Source: Octopus vulgaris (Eukaryota). Taken from it: 64,000 nt of DNA. Shown piece by piece: positions 63,298 through 64,000 of the stretch. Location: contig OX597816.1 of the NCBI GenBank assembly GCA_951406725.2, positions 159,278,001-159,342,000 of the forward strand, in the 5' to 3' direction. Position numbers and translations under genes: made by a program. How positions within the stretch are numbered: position 1 is the first letter of the stretch; every line of letters begins with the position of its first letter. Under the pieces are notes generated by a model. It was not told where the DNA came from, did no database searches, and was given only the letters and a program-made list of their open reading frames with translations.

Positions 63298-64000
63298 CTA
63301 AGAGAGAAAAAAAGAACAAAAACAATTTAGCTGATTAGGTAAAATTGAGAAAGAGAAAGATCAATAGAAATTCTTAAAATCTTTTCCTTTTTAGGTAGGA
63401 AATATATATTTTTCCTTTAACTTGTTTCAGTCATAGGACTGCAGCACCATACTCAAGAACTGCCTTCAAGGGTTACTGGATCAACTTTAAACCCAGTCCT
63501 TTTTTTTTTGTATTTATGTCTGGTACCTACATTATCAGTCTCCTTTTGTTATTAGATGTAAACAAACCAACACTGGTTGTCAAGCACTGTGGACACACAC
63601 ACATACACAGTAGGTCTAAATGTGAAATCATGTAGTTGAGAAGACAACTTTTTAAACACAATGTCATTCCTGCACTTTTATGCATATATATTTTGCTTGC
63701 TTCAGTCACTGGACTGCAGCCATGCTGGGGCATGCCATGTTCAAAACTGTCAAAGCATGGAATAAACCACGCTTATTAGTTGTTAGGTAACACTAATTGC
63801 ATCCTTCAGAAATTCCATGCTTTCTATGTCTATCCATCCTTTCTGTTTTGTAGCTCTTTTACTGTTCACTTTTCTAACATTATTCAGTACTACACATGCA
63901 CTTTTGGCTTTCACTGTTGTCTTTCTTTATTTGACTTACTACTGCTTTCTATGCCGTCTTTTAAGCCTTTTCGGACAAGCTGTAGTGCACCTGAGCTTTG

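Overview
AT-rich, intron-rich, repeat-dense animal genomic DNA. The SINE and RTE repeat landscape and the protein sequences suggest a cephalopod, probably Octopus (inference, not database-verified). Two spliced genes lie on the minus strand. (1) IDH3A, the mitochondrial NAD-dependent isocitrate dehydrogenase alpha subunit: 8 coding exons from ATG 23993 down to 391, continuing off the left edge, with an NRF1/YY1-type promoter. (2) The circadian clock gene period (per): 17 phase-consistent coding exons from PAS-A (63297) to the stop at 43976, with its 5' end off the right edge. Between them are a young full-length Ty3/Gypsy LTR retrotransposon of the CsRn1/Kabuki type (26701-31992) and a decayed RTE LINE split by a 1.1-kb solo LTR. 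The Gypsy element has 418-bp LTRs differing at 4 sites, a tRNA-Trp PBS, a CHCC Gag motif and a -1 frameshift signal. Introns carry mariner, CR1-like and RTE remnants, SINEs, MITEs and microsatellites. Most notable observations: PER carries two copies of the Period C-terminal motif; the LTR contains a palindromic NRF1-ETS-ETS-NRF1 cassette 2.7 kb upstream of the NRF1-bearing IDH3A promoter; and several long fold-backs lie in transcribed regions as candidate ADAR substrates. All exon boundaries were read by hand from GT/AG sites and reading phase.
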